Shown here: positions 1 through 10,374 of the stretch, in pieces | Layout: each line of letters opens with the position of its first letter | Position numbering within the stretch: position 1 is the first letter of the stretch | Program-made: the position numbers and the translations under genes | Notes under the pieces: model-generated | Told to the model about the DNA's origin: nothing | The model's database searches: none | The model's input: only the letters and a program-made list of their open reading frames with translations | Origin: a virus | Length of the DNA: 64,000 nucleotides | Virus record (IMG/VR): IMGVR_UViG_3300042465_006864 | Coordinates: 32,001 to 96,000 of that record | Direction: 5' to 3' (one strand)

Positions 1-629
1 TCCATGATACATTCTTCAACAGAATCGTATTGGTATCTATCTGGACGATCAAATTGATATTGAGAAGCGCATATATCTAAATATTTTTGACTATAGTAAC
101 AGCCTTCTTCATTTGACACTATACCAACTAAAGTTAATTTATACTCATCAGATTCTCTCAATACGATGATATTCGAGGGAGTAGTCCATTCAAAGAGCCA
201 CGATTGTTCTAGCGCTGATATGCCGTCGAAAGCATCGTTGTTTTTAAAAAATTGCTTATACTTCTCCACCAGCAAATCTATTTCATAACCATTGGGCAGT
301 AAACGAGCATTCACAGTGCCGCGAGTTCTAATTATCCACTGACCTTTGTATCGAGAAACGATTAAAAGACTACCATCCAACTTGTGTCTCGCTTCAAATT
401 TCCAACAATCTTTCCATGGTTCAAATGCTGGTTGCTCTCCAAAGTTAGTGAATTTGCGAAATCCTTGGCTGATTACGAAATTATCAAATTTACGCACCAC
501 ACAAGAACGGAAACGAGCATTTTCATCGTTCCATTTAACACTCATGTCTTTCGGCGTAATGAGCCAACATTCGTCACCAGCGATGACGCAATCTTTGTAA
601 TTAAATTCTTCTTTGTTTGGTAGTTTCAT
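1..629 (-). CDS. RNA ligase, T4 Rnl1-like (runs off window start)
   Basis: Not in the ORF track. Manual translation from ATG 629 gives MKLPNKEEF...FRKFTNFGE...HKLDGSLLIVS...FEWTTPSNIIV, containing the KxDGSL motif I and an FE..P.N.IV motif. Confidence 0.8.
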   Translation of the reverse strand, partial: MKLPNKEEFNYKDCVIAGDECWLITPKDMSVKWNDENARFRSCVVRKFDNFVISQGFRKFTNFGEQPAFEPWKDCWKFEARHKLDGSLLIVSRYKGQWIIRTRGTVNARLLPNGYEIDLLVEKYKQFFKNNDAFDGISALEQSWLFEWTTPSNIIVLRESDEYKLTLVGIVSNEEGCYYSQKYLDICASQYQFDRPDRYQYDSVEECIM

Positions 630-630
630 A

Positions 631-1020
631 TTAATAACTGATTTCTCCAAGTCGATCGTATACGCTTTTATTTCTTTTCGTCGATTCGATGATCACGACC
701 TTTTTTCTGTTCTTACCATACCATTCTTTTTCTCCCTTTTCATCTAGGTATCGGTTTGGGAATTCCCACTCTTCCGTTTTAATTTGCTCTTTGATGATCT
801 GATCAAGATGCTGTTGAACATCAGCGGGGATTTCCCAAGATTTGTATTGTTGTTTCCACTCCATTTCAATACAGAAACGAATATGTTCTGCGCATCGTTT
901 CACCAATTCACATTCCACAATTCCAATGTTCATCCAATCTTCAACAAGACCATTCCACATTTTGATTTCGGGATTGCCTTTGATTTTTTGCAACTGTTCG
1001 ATTAATTGATTTTTTCTCAC
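631..1020 (-). CDS. hypothetical phage protein
   Basis: 129-aa ORF with TTGACA upstream, abutting the RNA ligase start. Confidence 0.7.
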   Translation of the reverse strand: MRKNQLIEQLQKIKGNPEIKMWNGLVEDWMNIGIVECELVKRCAEHIRFCIEMEWKQQYKSWEIPADVQQHLDQIIKEQIKTEEWEFPNRYLDEKGEKEWYGKNRKKVVIIESTKRNKSVYDRLGEISY

Positions 1021-1122
1021 GCGCCAAAAGTATATTAATACCGATGACTTGTCAACAAAAAAAACTGAGCCAGAGTATTTTATTTCTCTAGCTCAGTGGG
1101 ATTTTTTAATCTATTTTAATGA

Positions 1123-1320
1123 TTATTTTTGCTTAGCTTTACCAAAGTTCAAAGCGACAATATCGACTACTTTGTAGACTTTGGACCAAGTGCTTCCAGC
1201 TTTAGGTGTCGGAGTCACAGCAGCCACAGCAGAAGCTAGTGCGACAGCGCTTGTTACCACTGGAAACCATGGGTAAGCTTTAACAATATCCAAGACGATA
1301 GGAATAAGTACTTCTGTCAT
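1123..1320 (-). CDS. small membrane protein, possible holin
   Basis: 65 aa with a hydrophobic segment and basic C-terminus; GTGTAA motif 8 nt upstream. Confidence 0.5.
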   Translation of the reverse strand: MTEVLIPIVLDIVKAYPWFPVVTSAVALASAVAAVTPTPKAGSTWSKVYKVVDIVALNFGKAKQK

Positions 1321-1345
1321 GTCTATTTTTACACTTAAAAATTGA

Positions 1346-1600
1346 TTAAATGGGATTTTTTTTCATCATGACGGTTGCATGACAAATGCGCCTATTATAT
1401 TCAGCATAAGAAATTGGCGTTTCAATTGTAACACCATCGTTATCTCTGAACCCATCAGGATCTAAAATAATGATTTCATCAAGCTGCGCCCATTCGATTG
1501 CTGTCTTTTTTGCAAAAGCTTTATCCCAATTTTCGCGACCTTGTTTTGAAAGAATTTTGCTCTTTATCTCGTCGCCTGTAATGTTATTTTTTGTAGCCAT
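1346..1600 (-). CDS. hypothetical protein
   Basis: ORF; start reassigned to MATKNN, after the terminator hairpin. Confidence 0.6.
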   Translation of the reverse strand: MATKNNITGDEIKSKILSKQGRENWDKAFAKKTAIEWAQLDEIIILDPDGFRDNDGVTIETPISYAEYNRRICHATVMMKKNPI

Positions 1601-1609
1601 AAGTAATTT

Positions 1610-1633
1610 ATGAGGGGGCTTTCGCCCCCTCAT
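1610..1633 (-). terminator. hairpin terminator after rIIB
   Basis: 10-bp stem ATGAGGGGGC/GCCCCCTCAT, GAAA loop on the minus strand. Confidence 0.55.
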
Positions 1634-1638
1634 TTTAG

Positions 1639-2652
1639 TTAACGCAAATCAACAAATTTCTTACCATTGTCAGAATACCAAGTAAAGCCTAAAGCGTTCA
1701 CGGCATCAGCAATTTCAGCCATGCTAGGGCAGTCAGGAGAGAAGCAGCTTTGAATTGCTCTGAAAGCAACATCCTCAATACCATCATCAAGTTTACGATT
1801 CAGGTATTTTTCCACTCTATCAATTACCTTGTTACGATTTCCAACTTCTTCTTTAAAAGATTGATCTTCCAAAGCTTCGCCATCGTTATCTGTGGCAGAA
1901 GCAAGGATTTCGCCTTGAACTTCTGACACGACAGTATAAGCGCAGCAACGCAATTTCTGACATTCGCAATCAGCAGGAACACTCACAACGTCTTTTGGAT
2001 TAATCTTTACGACTACCATTTTGCCGCGAGACCAGCCGCGAGCATAGTCCCACGAACCTGCATGAATACCGAACGAGCAATGGTTATTGCGATCATCGTC
2101 AACGCAATTGCGCTGCACTTCAATATGCTCACCTACACCATTGTAGATTCGTCCTTGGCTGTTTACAACACCTTGCAGCACTTTTGTTTTTGTATTGCCA
2201 GAGACAGAATAGAAGTCGTCGAGAAGACCACGATACGCCAAGAAACAACCGTCCTCTGTGATCGGAAGCTCTTTGTAAGACAAAAAGTCATACAGTTCGC
2301 GAACAGAATTATACGATGGATTCTGCTTGAGGTTTTCCCAGAACTTCTCTAGTAGAGTAACTGGCAGATTTTGCTCAATCAAAGAAAACACTTTCTGCGC
2401 CAATGGTGCTGGAAGGAGTTCTCCATAATACGAGACTTCTTTTGTTGCATTATTAACACTAAAACCTTTTTGTTCAATGTTAAGATTCACATCTGCTTCT
2501 TGCAGAGCTTTGTTAATTGCCTCCTCTTGTTTGTCGGATGGCAAGCGTAATGCCGCGATAATCGCTGCATATTTAGGGTCTGAGCTAACAAACTTTTGCG
2601 GTTTGTTGTTCATGAATAGGACGATTCCAGTTTGATTGATGATATACTTCAT
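1639..2652 (-). CDS. rIIB: rIIB-like protein
   Basis: LPITEDGCFLAYR...VDDDRNNHCSFGIHAGSWDYA...KINPKDVVSVP motifs; adjacent to rIIA. Confidence 0.9.
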   Translation of the reverse strand: MKYIINQTGIVLFMNNKPQKFVSSDPKYAAIIAALRLPSDKQEEAINKALQEADVNLNIEQKGFSVNNATKEVSYYGELLPAPLAQKVFSLIEQNLPVTLLEKFWENLKQNPSYNSVRELYDFLSYKELPITEDGCFLAYRGLLDDFYSVSGNTKTKVLQGVVNSQGRIYNGVGEHIEVQRNCVDDDRNNHCSFGIHAGSWDYARGWSRGKMVVVKINPKDVVSVPADCECQKLRCCAYTVVSEVQGEILASATDNDGEALEDQSFKEEVGNRNKVIDRVEKYLNRKLDDGIEDVAFRAIQSCFSPDCPSMAEIADAVNALGFTWYSDNGKKFVDLR

Positions 2653-2692
2653 GCGGAGTTAATGTATTGTTATTTTGAGTGTTTGTCAAGGA

Positions 2693-4630
2693 TTATTTTG
2701 AGGCTTTGATGAATTTTCTCACATCAGAGCGACAAGGTTGGAAGTAGTAACTTTTGAGTGCCAAGTTCGTAAAGGTTGATACTAATTCATTTTTATTGTT
2801 TTTTAATTCCTCAACGATCTTTTCAATGCAGTCCATTGTTTTTGAAAGTTTTGGATTATAAACATCTTGGTTGATTCTGTGCAGCAAAATGTTTCGTGTT
2901 TTATCTGTCAATAGATTTTTACACGCAGTAAATCGACTATGCAATGCAGATCGAGCAGACTGTGCTTTTCCGCTAATTTCATACAATTTGTTCAACGTGT
3001 CTTTCGTAGCGCTATCATCATATTTCAAATATCCAAGAGTAGCCAAATCTTTTTTCAAGGAAACAGACGAAAACGAATAAGAATTTTCAAATCCATTAGC
3101 ATACATAACGATTTTTTTGAACTGTGAAAGAGAATCGCTTTGAGCTAATTCCGCCAGAAAATCTTTTGCATCGTCAACAGAATGATCAACACCCCAATAA
3201 CGATTATGAAGTTCTAGTGCCGAAGCGCGGAAAGACGAACCGTAACCACGACGATAAACTGAAAACTTTCCATCAGTATAACCACCGCCCTTTTGTTTTG
3301 GGTAAAGTGAAGAAACTGGTCGGAATACCAAATCAGAATCAACTTGGTGATGCGCAATCGCCGCGCAAATATGCTCCATGTAATCTTTCGTTACGAAGAA
3401 AGCTGTTTTAGAATTGTCGGCACACCATTTTTTAAGCTTTTCAACTTGATCGCAGCGATGATAGTGGGAGTTGGAAACGATAGCAACAAACTTGCGACCT
3501 TTATGATCTAAAGCTGGGTGAGACACATCGCCCGATACACCAACTTTTACAAGAGACATCGCGACTTTAGCATGAACGAATGCTGAATTTTTAAATTTAA
3601 AAAATTGCGATTGATTCTTTTTGTTGAAGCACAATTCCGACAGTGGCAAGTCTCCAAGAGATTGTTTCTGTTGATTAATAAAATCCCCAAGAATTGCTTC
3701 ACACTTGGCGATGCCGTTGGTGAACTTTGCAGTCTCACGGAAAAACTCTCGCGAAATAGGAACTTCAAAAAATCCGACAGGAACATCAATCTGAATGGAT
3801 GTTTGCGGAGAGCAGTTTTTTTCAAATGCGAACTCGCTAAAGCTATCAGGAGTATTGTATTTAACTCCACCCATGGTGATGACGTAATGTTTACCAAAAA
3901 ACTCATCTGGTTTATCTTCAAACGAATAGAATCGAATGCCGTCTTTTTCCAAGATCAGGGTTTTTTTGATTTCTTTAATTACATGCGAGTGTCCACTATC
4001 GTCCACTACTTCTACTTTAGCCAACGTAGCAGTAGCAGCCATCGTTTGAGCGTAAACTAAAAACGTGCCAGTATCGCCATGATTCGAGCGATCTTCTTTG
4101 ATGTCGATTTCTACCAACAAACCGCTTTCAGCGGTTGGCTCTTGCGACATTTCAACCACCTGACCAATAGATGCGCCAGATTCGTCGCCGCCAAGAACAC
4201 ACGAATACACTGTCTTTGTGCCATTATAGAAAGAAGTAACGTAAAAAACATCTTGATAACAGTGACCTGCTTTTGCACCTACGCCGAAACCACCGATAGG
4301 TTGATCGCTGTTTGATTTTGTGGAGCGGAAGTATTTACCAAACACGTTGCGAATGCCGTTGTCATCCAAACCGTTAGCGAAGTCACGAACAAAGAAGCGA
4401 CCTTCTTTTACGCCAGTTTGAACAGGATTCTCGATGCCGTGTTTCAAGTGTTCATCGACAGCGTTGCTTACCCATTCACGCACAACGGCGAGAATTTTAT
4501 CGGTGTAGATATTGTCGCGGAAGATTTGACAAGCTTGTTTCATGCCTTCCAAATCCATATCCATGTTGGACACTTGCGAAGATTCAATTCCTTGAGTGAA
4601 GATAGGTGATGTGTTGAGTTGCGTTTTCAT
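2693..4630 (-). CDS. rIIA: rIIA-like protein (N-terminal GHKL ATPase-like domain)
   Basis: YTDKILAVVREWVSNAVD...STKSNSDQPIGGFGVGAK; ATG 4630 follows a TTGACA-17-TACTAT promoter. Confidence 0.9.
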   Translation of the reverse strand: MKTQLNTSPIFTQGIESSQVSNMDMDLEGMKQACQIFRDNIYTDKILAVVREWVSNAVDEHLKHGIENPVQTGVKEGRFFVRDFANGLDDNGIRNVFGKYFRSTKSNSDQPIGGFGVGAKAGHCYQDVFYVTSFYNGTKTVYSCVLGGDESGASIGQVVEMSQEPTAESGLLVEIDIKEDRSNHGDTGTFLVYAQTMAATATLAKVEVVDDSGHSHVIKEIKKTLILEKDGIRFYSFEDKPDEFFGKHYVITMGGVKYNTPDSFSEFAFEKNCSPQTSIQIDVPVGFFEVPISREFFRETAKFTNGIAKCEAILGDFINQQKQSLGDLPLSELCFNKKNQSQFFKFKNSAFVHAKVAMSLVKVGVSGDVSHPALDHKGRKFVAIVSNSHYHRCDQVEKLKKWCADNSKTAFFVTKDYMEHICAAIAHHQVDSDLVFRPVSSLYPKQKGGGYTDGKFSVYRRGYGSSFRASALELHNRYWGVDHSVDDAKDFLAELAQSDSLSQFKKIVMYANGFENSYSFSSVSLKKDLATLGYLKYDDSATKDTLNKLYEISGKAQSARSALHSRFTACKNLLTDKTRNILLHRINQDVYNPKLSKTMDCIEKIVEELKNNKNELVSTFTNLALKSYYFQPCRSDVRKFIKASK

Positions 4631-4743
4631 GTCGGGGGCAATAGTAATCAGAAATAGTGGACATGTCAACAAGTTTTTTGAAAAAATTTTCGCGGCAAGA
4701 TTTTTGTTGACAAGCTGCTACGAAATGTTACTCTGTGCGCCAC

Positions 4744-5649
4744 ATGAAATTAGGACTCGTATGCATCAGTGAAATCCTCAAGAAGAAAGACAAGTCTCTT
4801 GCCTTTAAAACCATGACACGCAAACGCTTTTTGGAGCTGGGTCGAGATGTTGCGCTTGTAGAGCTTTCGTCACGCATTCTACACAACTGCCGACTAACCA
4901 AACAAATTGTTTTGCATTGTGCCGCAAACGGTATTTCTCATTACCGTGTCTCTAGCTGTTTAGCTCCGCTCGTTACAGACAGCACTCTCAATATCTCCTA
5001 TAGCGATTTACCAGACATGTCGGCGATTGAGTCTGCATTGGCAGATGTTGGCGCAACAGCACAACACTGCGGCGTTTCTGTTTCTTCTCATCCTGATCAA
5101 TTCAATGTGCTTACATCATACAGTGCAGACGTTGTTGATCGTAGTATCAAAGAACTCAATCACCAAGCTTACATGTTGGATTTGATGGGACTACCACAAA
5201 ACTATTCCGCGCCAATGTGCCTTCACCTCAATCTCTCGCCTGACTTCAAGCGAGAAACTCTCGCCAGTTACATTGATCGCTTTGTGTCAGCATTGTTCTC
5301 TTGCTCGCCATCAGTTCAGAATCGCTTAGTATTGGAGAACGAGCATGGCGGCTATTGGAATTGCAAGAATCTATATAAATCATTTGGCGAGCTTGTTCCT
5401 TTGGTGTTTGACAACCTTCATGATGCAGTTAATCCTTCTGATTTTTGTCATTTTAAATTGTTCAAAAACACATGGCGCAATTACACTCCCGTCATGCACT
5501 GGAGCGAGGGTTTGCCTGATAAGCCTCGTAGTCATGCTGAGTTTGCATCTCACGTTCCTGCTGTAGTATCTATGAACAACGATTGTGTCTGGGAATTCGA
5601 ACTCAAAGGCAAAGACTTAGCAATCCTACAAGTTTTGAGTAATCAATAA
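4744..5649 (+). CDS. uvsE: UV DNA damage endonuclease
   Basis: MKLGLVC...YRVSS...SSHPDQFNVL...RLVLENE...FDNLHD...PVMHWSE...SHAE...ELKGKDLA. Confidence 0.9.
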   Translation: MKLGLVCISEILKKKDKSLAFKTMTRKRFLELGRDVALVELSSRILHNCRLTKQIVLHCAANGISHYRVSSCLAPLVTDSTLNISYSDLPDMSAIESALADVGATAQHCGVSVSSHPDQFNVLTSYSADVVDRSIKELNHQAYMLDLMGLPQNYSAPMCLHLNLSPDFKRETLASYIDRFVSALFSCSPSVQNRLVLENEHGGYWNCKNLYKSFGELVPLVFDNLHDAVNPSDFCHFKLFKNTWRNYTPVMHWSEGLPDKPRSHAEFASHVPAVVSMNNDCVWEFELKGKDLAILQVLSNQ

Positions 5650-5696
5650 AAATATCTTGACAACATCCACAAAATACCATACATTCCTCCGCAGCG

Positions 5697-6062
5697 ATGA
5701 AACTTGACGATTACATTTTACAATTTGCTAAACAAGATGAATGCACTTTAGGCGAATCTCTTTTGGAATATGCTTTTCCTAGCGAGGGCAGAGGTTGTTA
5801 TTCGAACTTCAAACTGCGCGATTCATTCGTTCCTTTTCCCGAAGGTTTTGATAAATACGCCCCTATGTTGCTAGGTGAACATTTATACATCGAAGAATGC
5901 ACCGACGAAGAAAGAGACAGTATTCATTGTTTTATTGATTCAGAAACAAATCTCAAAGTCGCATGGGCTTGGGATGGTGATGGTCATCTGATTTTTGAAA
6001 GCGATGACTTTTGTATTGAAAACCCCGATATTAAAAAATCCTCAAGATGGCGCAAAGCATGA
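5697..6062 (+). CDS. hypothetical protein
   Basis: ORF directly after a TTGACA-17-TACATT promoter. Confidence 0.7.
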   Translation: MKLDDYILQFAKQDECTLGESLLEYAFPSEGRGCYSNFKLRDSFVPFPEGFDKYAPMLLGEHLYIEECTDEERDSIHCFIDSETNLKVAWAWDGDGHLIFESDDFCIENPDIKKSSRWRKA

Positions 6063-6304
6063 AAAATGGAGTTGACGATTCGATGGTAAGAATGCCTGAA
6101 GGCTTTAGCTTAGGCATGACAGCATGGCACGAAAGATCAAAGCGAACTGTAAAGCTCATTGAGCGTCAGCTAGGAGATGGATGGTTATGCGAACCGATAG
6201 ATGGTGGTAGGGTATTCTACGAGCATAGTGAATTTCTTCTGCCGAACGCCTCTGTGATGGCATCGCTGCCGACATCGAACTCTGATAACTCAACCAAACA
6301 ATAA
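6059..6304 (+). CDS. hypothetical protein
   Basis: ATGA overlap with the upstream gene. Confidence 0.55.
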   Translation: MKNGVDDSMVRMPEGFSLGMTAWHERSKRTVKLIERQLGDGWLCEPIDGGRVFYEHSEFLLPNASVMASLPTSNSDNSTKQ

Positions 6305-6305
6305 A

Positions 6306-6569
6306 ATGACAAACAACACCGAAAACACAACTCACGAAGAAGCTGTTCGACTTCTCAATGAAAGGGCATCGAAAGAAGTAGATTTATACAATACAATTTC
6401 CAGTTATCAAAAAAGGGAAAGCTTTTTAATCCGAGATAAAGCTGCTGCCAATCGCTTATTATATGATTTATATCATGATGTCATACAAGGAGAGATCGCT
6501 AAGCAATTGAGGCAAAATCCTTTTTCCTTTCCTTCTGTTAAGGCAGTTAGCAAATTTATTGATCAATGA
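6306..6569 (+). CDS. hypothetical protein
   Basis: Tightly packed operon ORF. Confidence 0.65.
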   Translation: MTNNTENTTHEEAVRLLNERASKEVDLYNTISSYQKRESFLIRDKAAANRLLYDLYHDVIQGEIAKQLRQNPFSFPSVKAVSKFIDQ

Positions 6570-6826
6570 AAACATATACCTTCGAACAATTAGCAGAATA
6601 CATTCGCGGCTGGTCATATTCAGAGTCTGACATGAAAGCATTGACACTAAACGAAGTTCACTCTATGCTTGCGAATGCTGTCAGTCAATTCGAGTGCGAT
6701 CAAGACGGTTTTGAAATTGCCGTGAAAGTCGCCGAAGAAAAAAGACAGGAGCAACAAAAACAAATAAACGAAGCATGGCGCTCCGCAATACAAGGTGCTT
6801 CTGCAATAAAAAATAATAAAATATGA
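6566..6826 (+). CDS. hypothetical protein
   Basis: ATGA overlap. Confidence 0.65.
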   Translation: MKTYTFEQLAEYIRGWSYSESDMKALTLNEVHSMLANAVSQFECDQDGFEIAVKVAEEKRQEQQKQINEAWRSAIQGASAIKNNKI

Positions 6827-7278
6827 AATACCATTTAGAAAAAATACGAAAACACAAAACCGCTAAACCTGAAGACAAAATAGTCATCAAAAACATCAAT
6901 GTGACTCAAAACGAAAGAGGTCAATGGTTAGTGGATTTCGCTAGTAAAAATCATAAGTATCTTCAAGTGCGATATATAATGTCGTCTACACATATTGATC
7001 GTAAACCTCAATACTTGGATGATGGCTCTTTGGCAACATGCGAAGCTTTTGTAATAGACACACACGAAGAAGCTCAAGAAGACGGTTTCACGCTGCCTCT
7101 AAGCAGCACAGTCTTGTGGCTTATTCCCGAAACAAGGGAAGAGTCTGATGCCATTAATGGAGTAGCTGCTATCATGGCGACAAAGTGGTGCTATTGTTGC
7201 TGTATTGTTCCCTATAATGATTTTGCTCCTGACGACAATAACAAAAATATTGGAAAGCGTTTTAAACAAAAAAAATAA
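6823..7278 (+). CDS. hypothetical protein
   Basis: ATGA overlap. Confidence 0.65.
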   Translation: MKYHLEKIRKHKTAKPEDKIVIKNINVTQNERGQWLVDFASKNHKYLQVRYIMSSTHIDRKPQYLDDGSLATCEAFVIDTHEEAQEDGFTLPLSSTVLWLIPETREESDAINGVAAIMATKWCYCCCIVPYNDFAPDDNNKNIGKRFKQKK

Positions 7279-7562
7279 TGAACAAAAGACAACAATACGC
7301 AATAGGACAGCACGATCTATGCTGCGAGTTTCTAATCATTGGCAAGAATCATCTCGATAGCGGCAAAACTCTTTTTGAAGAAGTAGTTTCCTTAAAGGAT
7401 CGTTTGCAAAAGGCGACAGATGAGCTTGATGAATGGCATGATGCCGCGAAACATGTGGATGCAGATTATGCTGATGAAGTTCATTGTAGCTGTGTGCCTA
7501 TTTTGCGCAAACAATTGCAGGATGCTCGAAAAGAAATTGAACAGCTTAAAGCAAAACAATAA
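7278..7562 (+). CDS. hypothetical coiled-coil protein
   Basis: TAATG overlap. Confidence 0.65.
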   Translation: MNKRQQYAIGQHDLCCEFLIIGKNHLDSGKTLFEEVVSLKDRLQKATDELDEWHDAAKHVDADYADEVHCSCVPILRKQLQDARKEIEQLKAKQ

Positions 7563-7563
7563 C

Positions 7564-7746
7564 ATGGAAGAAGTTAAACAAGCCAGAGTGCTTTATTTTT
7601 TGACTGGCGTGTTTATTGCGCTTAAATTAACCGAGCAGATTCACTGGTCGTGGTGGTGGGTTTTTAGTCCACTTTGGATTCCAGCGGTATTACTGATCGT
7701 TATGTTGGCGATTTTTACGATACTGGAGCGATTTTTAATCAAATGA
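7564..7746 (+). CDS. small two-TM membrane protein
   Basis: MEEVKQ...LKLTEQIHWSWWWVFSPLWIP, a motif typical of a widespread phage membrane protein family. Confidence 0.7.
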   Translation: MEEVKQARVLYFLTGVFIALKLTEQIHWSWWWVFSPLWIPAVLLIVMLAIFTILERFLIK

Positions 7747-7770
7747 ATCAAAAAACATTATACACAAAAA

Positions 7771-8451
7771 ATGAGCAAAACAATAGCTATCGGAGACATT
7801 CATGGTGAACTCGATCACCTTAAAAATCTTTTCAAAAAACTATCTTTTACTAAAGATGATACCATCGTCTTTCTTGGTGATTACATTGATCGCGGCAAAG
7901 ATAGTAAAGGTGTAATTGATTTTGTTTTGTCTCTTGAGGATAAGTGCAATTTGGTTACTCTGCTGGGGAATCATGAGAGAATGGCTTTGGAATCTATGAA
8001 ATGGTCTAGCGGTCAAATATCTAGCGCACAAATGCAAAAGTCATGGATGATGCATGGAGGCTATGAATGCTTGGAATCTTATGATTGCAAAGCTGTTCGA
8101 GACGGCTATCTCACTAGAGCGTTACATAAAATGCTTGAACTTCATGGTCAATTTTTAAATAATTTAAAACTCACTTACGAAACCGAAAACCACATTTTTG
8201 TTCATGGATTTTTGGCTCACGAACAAGATGTAGAAGATCAGGAAGAGTGGCGATGCATTTGGGACTCATTCAGAGAAATTTATCCACACAAATCTGGCAA
8301 AACTGTTGTTTGTGGTCACTCTATCCAAAGAGGTGGAGTTGTTGATGATGGATTTAGAATTTGTATTGACACGGGATCGTTTTTGCCTGATGGTTACATT
8401 ACAGCAATGGTAATCGACGGACCAAAATATTCTTTCGTCAGCAGCAATTAG
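7771..8451 (+). CDS. Ser/Thr protein phosphatase-type metallophosphoesterase (lambda NinI-like)
   Basis: GDIHG, GDYIDRG, GNHE, FVHG, GHS and IDTG motifs. Confidence 0.9.
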   Translation: MSKTIAIGDIHGELDHLKNLFKKLSFTKDDTIVFLGDYIDRGKDSKGVIDFVLSLEDKCNLVTLLGNHERMALESMKWSSGQISSAQMQKSWMMHGGYECLESYDCKAVRDGYLTRALHKMLELHGQFLNNLKLTYETENHIFVHGFLAHEQDVEDQEEWRCIWDSFREIYPHKSGKTVVCGHSIQRGGVVDDGFRICIDTGSFLPDGYITAMVIDGPKYSFVSSN

Positions 8452-8504
8452 TTCTTGACAAGAAGCTCAATAAACAATAAAAAAGGGAAACAAAACACAA
8501 AACA

Positions 8505-8792
8505 ATGGGAAAAAAAATAATCAAAACAGCGCAATTTATCACAGTAGCTGCATTCGCAGTCGTAATCGTAACATTCATTCCGAAAGCTTGCACACGACCA
8601 GATAATGCTACAAAATTGCTAAATCAACAAGGATATACTGACATCAAAATCACAGGATGGCGACCAATGATGGCAGGTAAAGATGATTCGGTATCGACTG
8701 GATTTGAAGCAACATCGCCCAGTGGTCAGCGAGTAAGTGGAGCGGTAACAAGTGGATTGTTATTTAAAGGCTCGACCATCAGATTTGATTAA
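8505..8792 (+). CDS. membrane-anchored or lipoprotein-like phage protein
   Basis: N-terminal hydrophobic segment followed by ACT. Confidence 0.65.
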   Translation: MGKKIIKTAQFITVAAFAVVIVTFIPKACTRPDNATKLLNQQGYTDIKITGWRPMMAGKDDSVSTGFEATSPSGQRVSGAVTSGLLFKGSTIRFD

Positions 8793-8810
8793 TCACTGAC
8801 AAACAAAAAA

Positions 8811-9113
8811 ATGAACACGCGATATACAACAATCGGAACTGATCAAGTGCCGCATATCAAAAAACTAATCAATTGGTTGATTGCGGAAGTAATTTCTGCT
8901 GGTGGAGATGGTGATGCCTTATGGTATTCACGATTTTATTCTGTTGATGAAATCTTTTCTATTCTAAAAGAATGTGATCTTTATGATTTTACTATTGACA
9001 AACAAGATAATCGTATTACATTTGGCACGGGGCAAGAGCAGATAGCATCATTCAAATTGCAGTGTAAACCAAAACCAAAACCTTTATATCCAGCATGGGT
9101 GGACAAATTTTAA
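8811..9113 (+). CDS. hypothetical protein
   Basis: Operon ORF. Confidence 0.65.
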   Translation: MNTRYTTIGTDQVPHIKKLINWLIAEVISAGGDGDALWYSRFYSVDEIFSILKECDLYDFTIDKQDNRITFGTGQEQIASFKLQCKPKPKPLYPAWVDKF

Positions 9114-9117
9114 AATT

Positions 9118-9591
9118 ATGGAATTCATTAAAGAACACGTAAACAAAGACTGGCTACCAGTCGTCGAAAAATTTCCTAAGATTTTCTTAGAACCATCAGA
9201 GTATGTTATTGATATTTGGGAAAAATACTACAAAGATTTCGTCAAGAAAGAAGATATGGTGAATCTACGCTATGGTTTTGAACATGGTATCGGTTGGAAA
9301 GATATTGTAATCGGCTTTTGTGAAGATTTACAGAAGCTTGCTGAAAAAGCTGCCGCAGAAGGTCACACCTTTCAATACAAAGGATGCATTATTAAAGAAA
9401 AATTTGGCAAATTCACTCCCCAAGGTGATTTGGAAAAAAGTGAGGGTGCATGGGAAATCTATCGCGATGAATATTATGGTATTTGTCGCAAATGGGAAGA
9501 AAAATCCTTGACAGTCTGCGAAGTCTGTGGTAAAGATGGTGAGTTGCGCAGCACAGGATGGTGGAAAACGCGCTGCGATGAACATAACTAA
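9118..9591 (+). CDS. conserved phage protein with C-terminal Zn-ribbon
   Basis: GW...IKEKFG...CEVCG...TRCDEH. Confidence 0.7.
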   Translation: MEFIKEHVNKDWLPVVEKFPKIFLEPSEYVIDIWEKYYKDFVKKEDMVNLRYGFEHGIGWKDIVIGFCEDLQKLAEKAAAEGHTFQYKGCIIKEKFGKFTPQGDLEKSEGAWEIYRDEYYGICRKWEEKSLTVCEVCGKDGELRSTGWWKTRCDEHN

Positions 9592-9595
9592 TAAC

Positions 9596-10024
9596 ATGAG
9601 AGAATTAAAATTCCGCATCTGGGACAGACAAGCAAAAGCATGGGCTGAGAACGATTGCTCGCTGCATTGTTTCAGTAATTGGCAGATTGATCCATTCACT
9701 GGCAAACTGACTGATTTTGTTGGTGCAATTGACGGTGATCGTGAAACGCGCTATAATGCAAATCCTGCTCCCGATTATTATTTTCGTGGCAGTGAGATTG
9801 TGAATGAGCCGAGATATGTTCTTGTTCAATTTACTGGCATGAAAGACAAAAATGGAGTAGAGATTTATGAGGGAGACTTTATTTGTTTTAATAGAACAGA
9901 AGGTCTTTATAGTGATCAAAAGTATCCAATTGTTGCGGCAACTCATCCTTATGTTCAAAACCGTTCTCATTTAGGCGAAGTAATTGGCAACAGCTTTGAA
10001 AACCCTGAACTATTAGAAGCATGA
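9596..10024 (+). CDS. YopX family protein
   Basis: MRELKFRIWD...QFTGMKDKNGVEIYEGD...EVIGNSFENPELL. Confidence 0.9.
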   Translation: MRELKFRIWDRQAKAWAENDCSLHCFSNWQIDPFTGKLTDFVGAIDGDRETRYNANPAPDYYFRGSEIVNEPRYVLVQFTGMKDKNGVEIYEGDFICFNRTEGLYSDQKYPIVAATHPYVQNRSHLGEVIGNSFENPELLEA

Positions 10025-10374
10025 ACAGAGAAATTAAATTTAGAGCTTGGCGCGAAAATAAAATGCATTATAACATTACAACCGCTCATTATGAGCATAA
10101 TGCAATGAGCGGAAGCGGGGGAGATTTGTGGGATTTTGCAGAATGGATGAAATGGAGCAAAGTCATGCAATACACTGGTCTTAAAGACAAGAATGGTGTA
10201 GAGATTTACGAAGGTGATATTCTCAAACACAATCATAAAGTCCAACAGGTTGAATCTAAGTTAGATTGGAACTGCGGATGTTGCGGATTTGTTTATGGAT
10301 ATAACATTGAAGATCCCAATGATATTGAAGTCATCGGCAACATCTTCGAGAACCCTGAACTTTTAAAACATTGA
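10021..10374 (+). CDS. YopX family protein
   Basis: REIKFRAW...QYTGLKDKNGVEIYEGDI...EVIGNIFENPELL. Confidence 0.9.
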   Translation: MNREIKFRAWRENKMHYNITTAHYEHNAMSGSGGDLWDFAEWMKWSKVMQYTGLKDKNGVEIYEGDILKHNHKVQQVESKLDWNCGCCGFVYGYNIEDPNDIEVIGNIFENPELLKH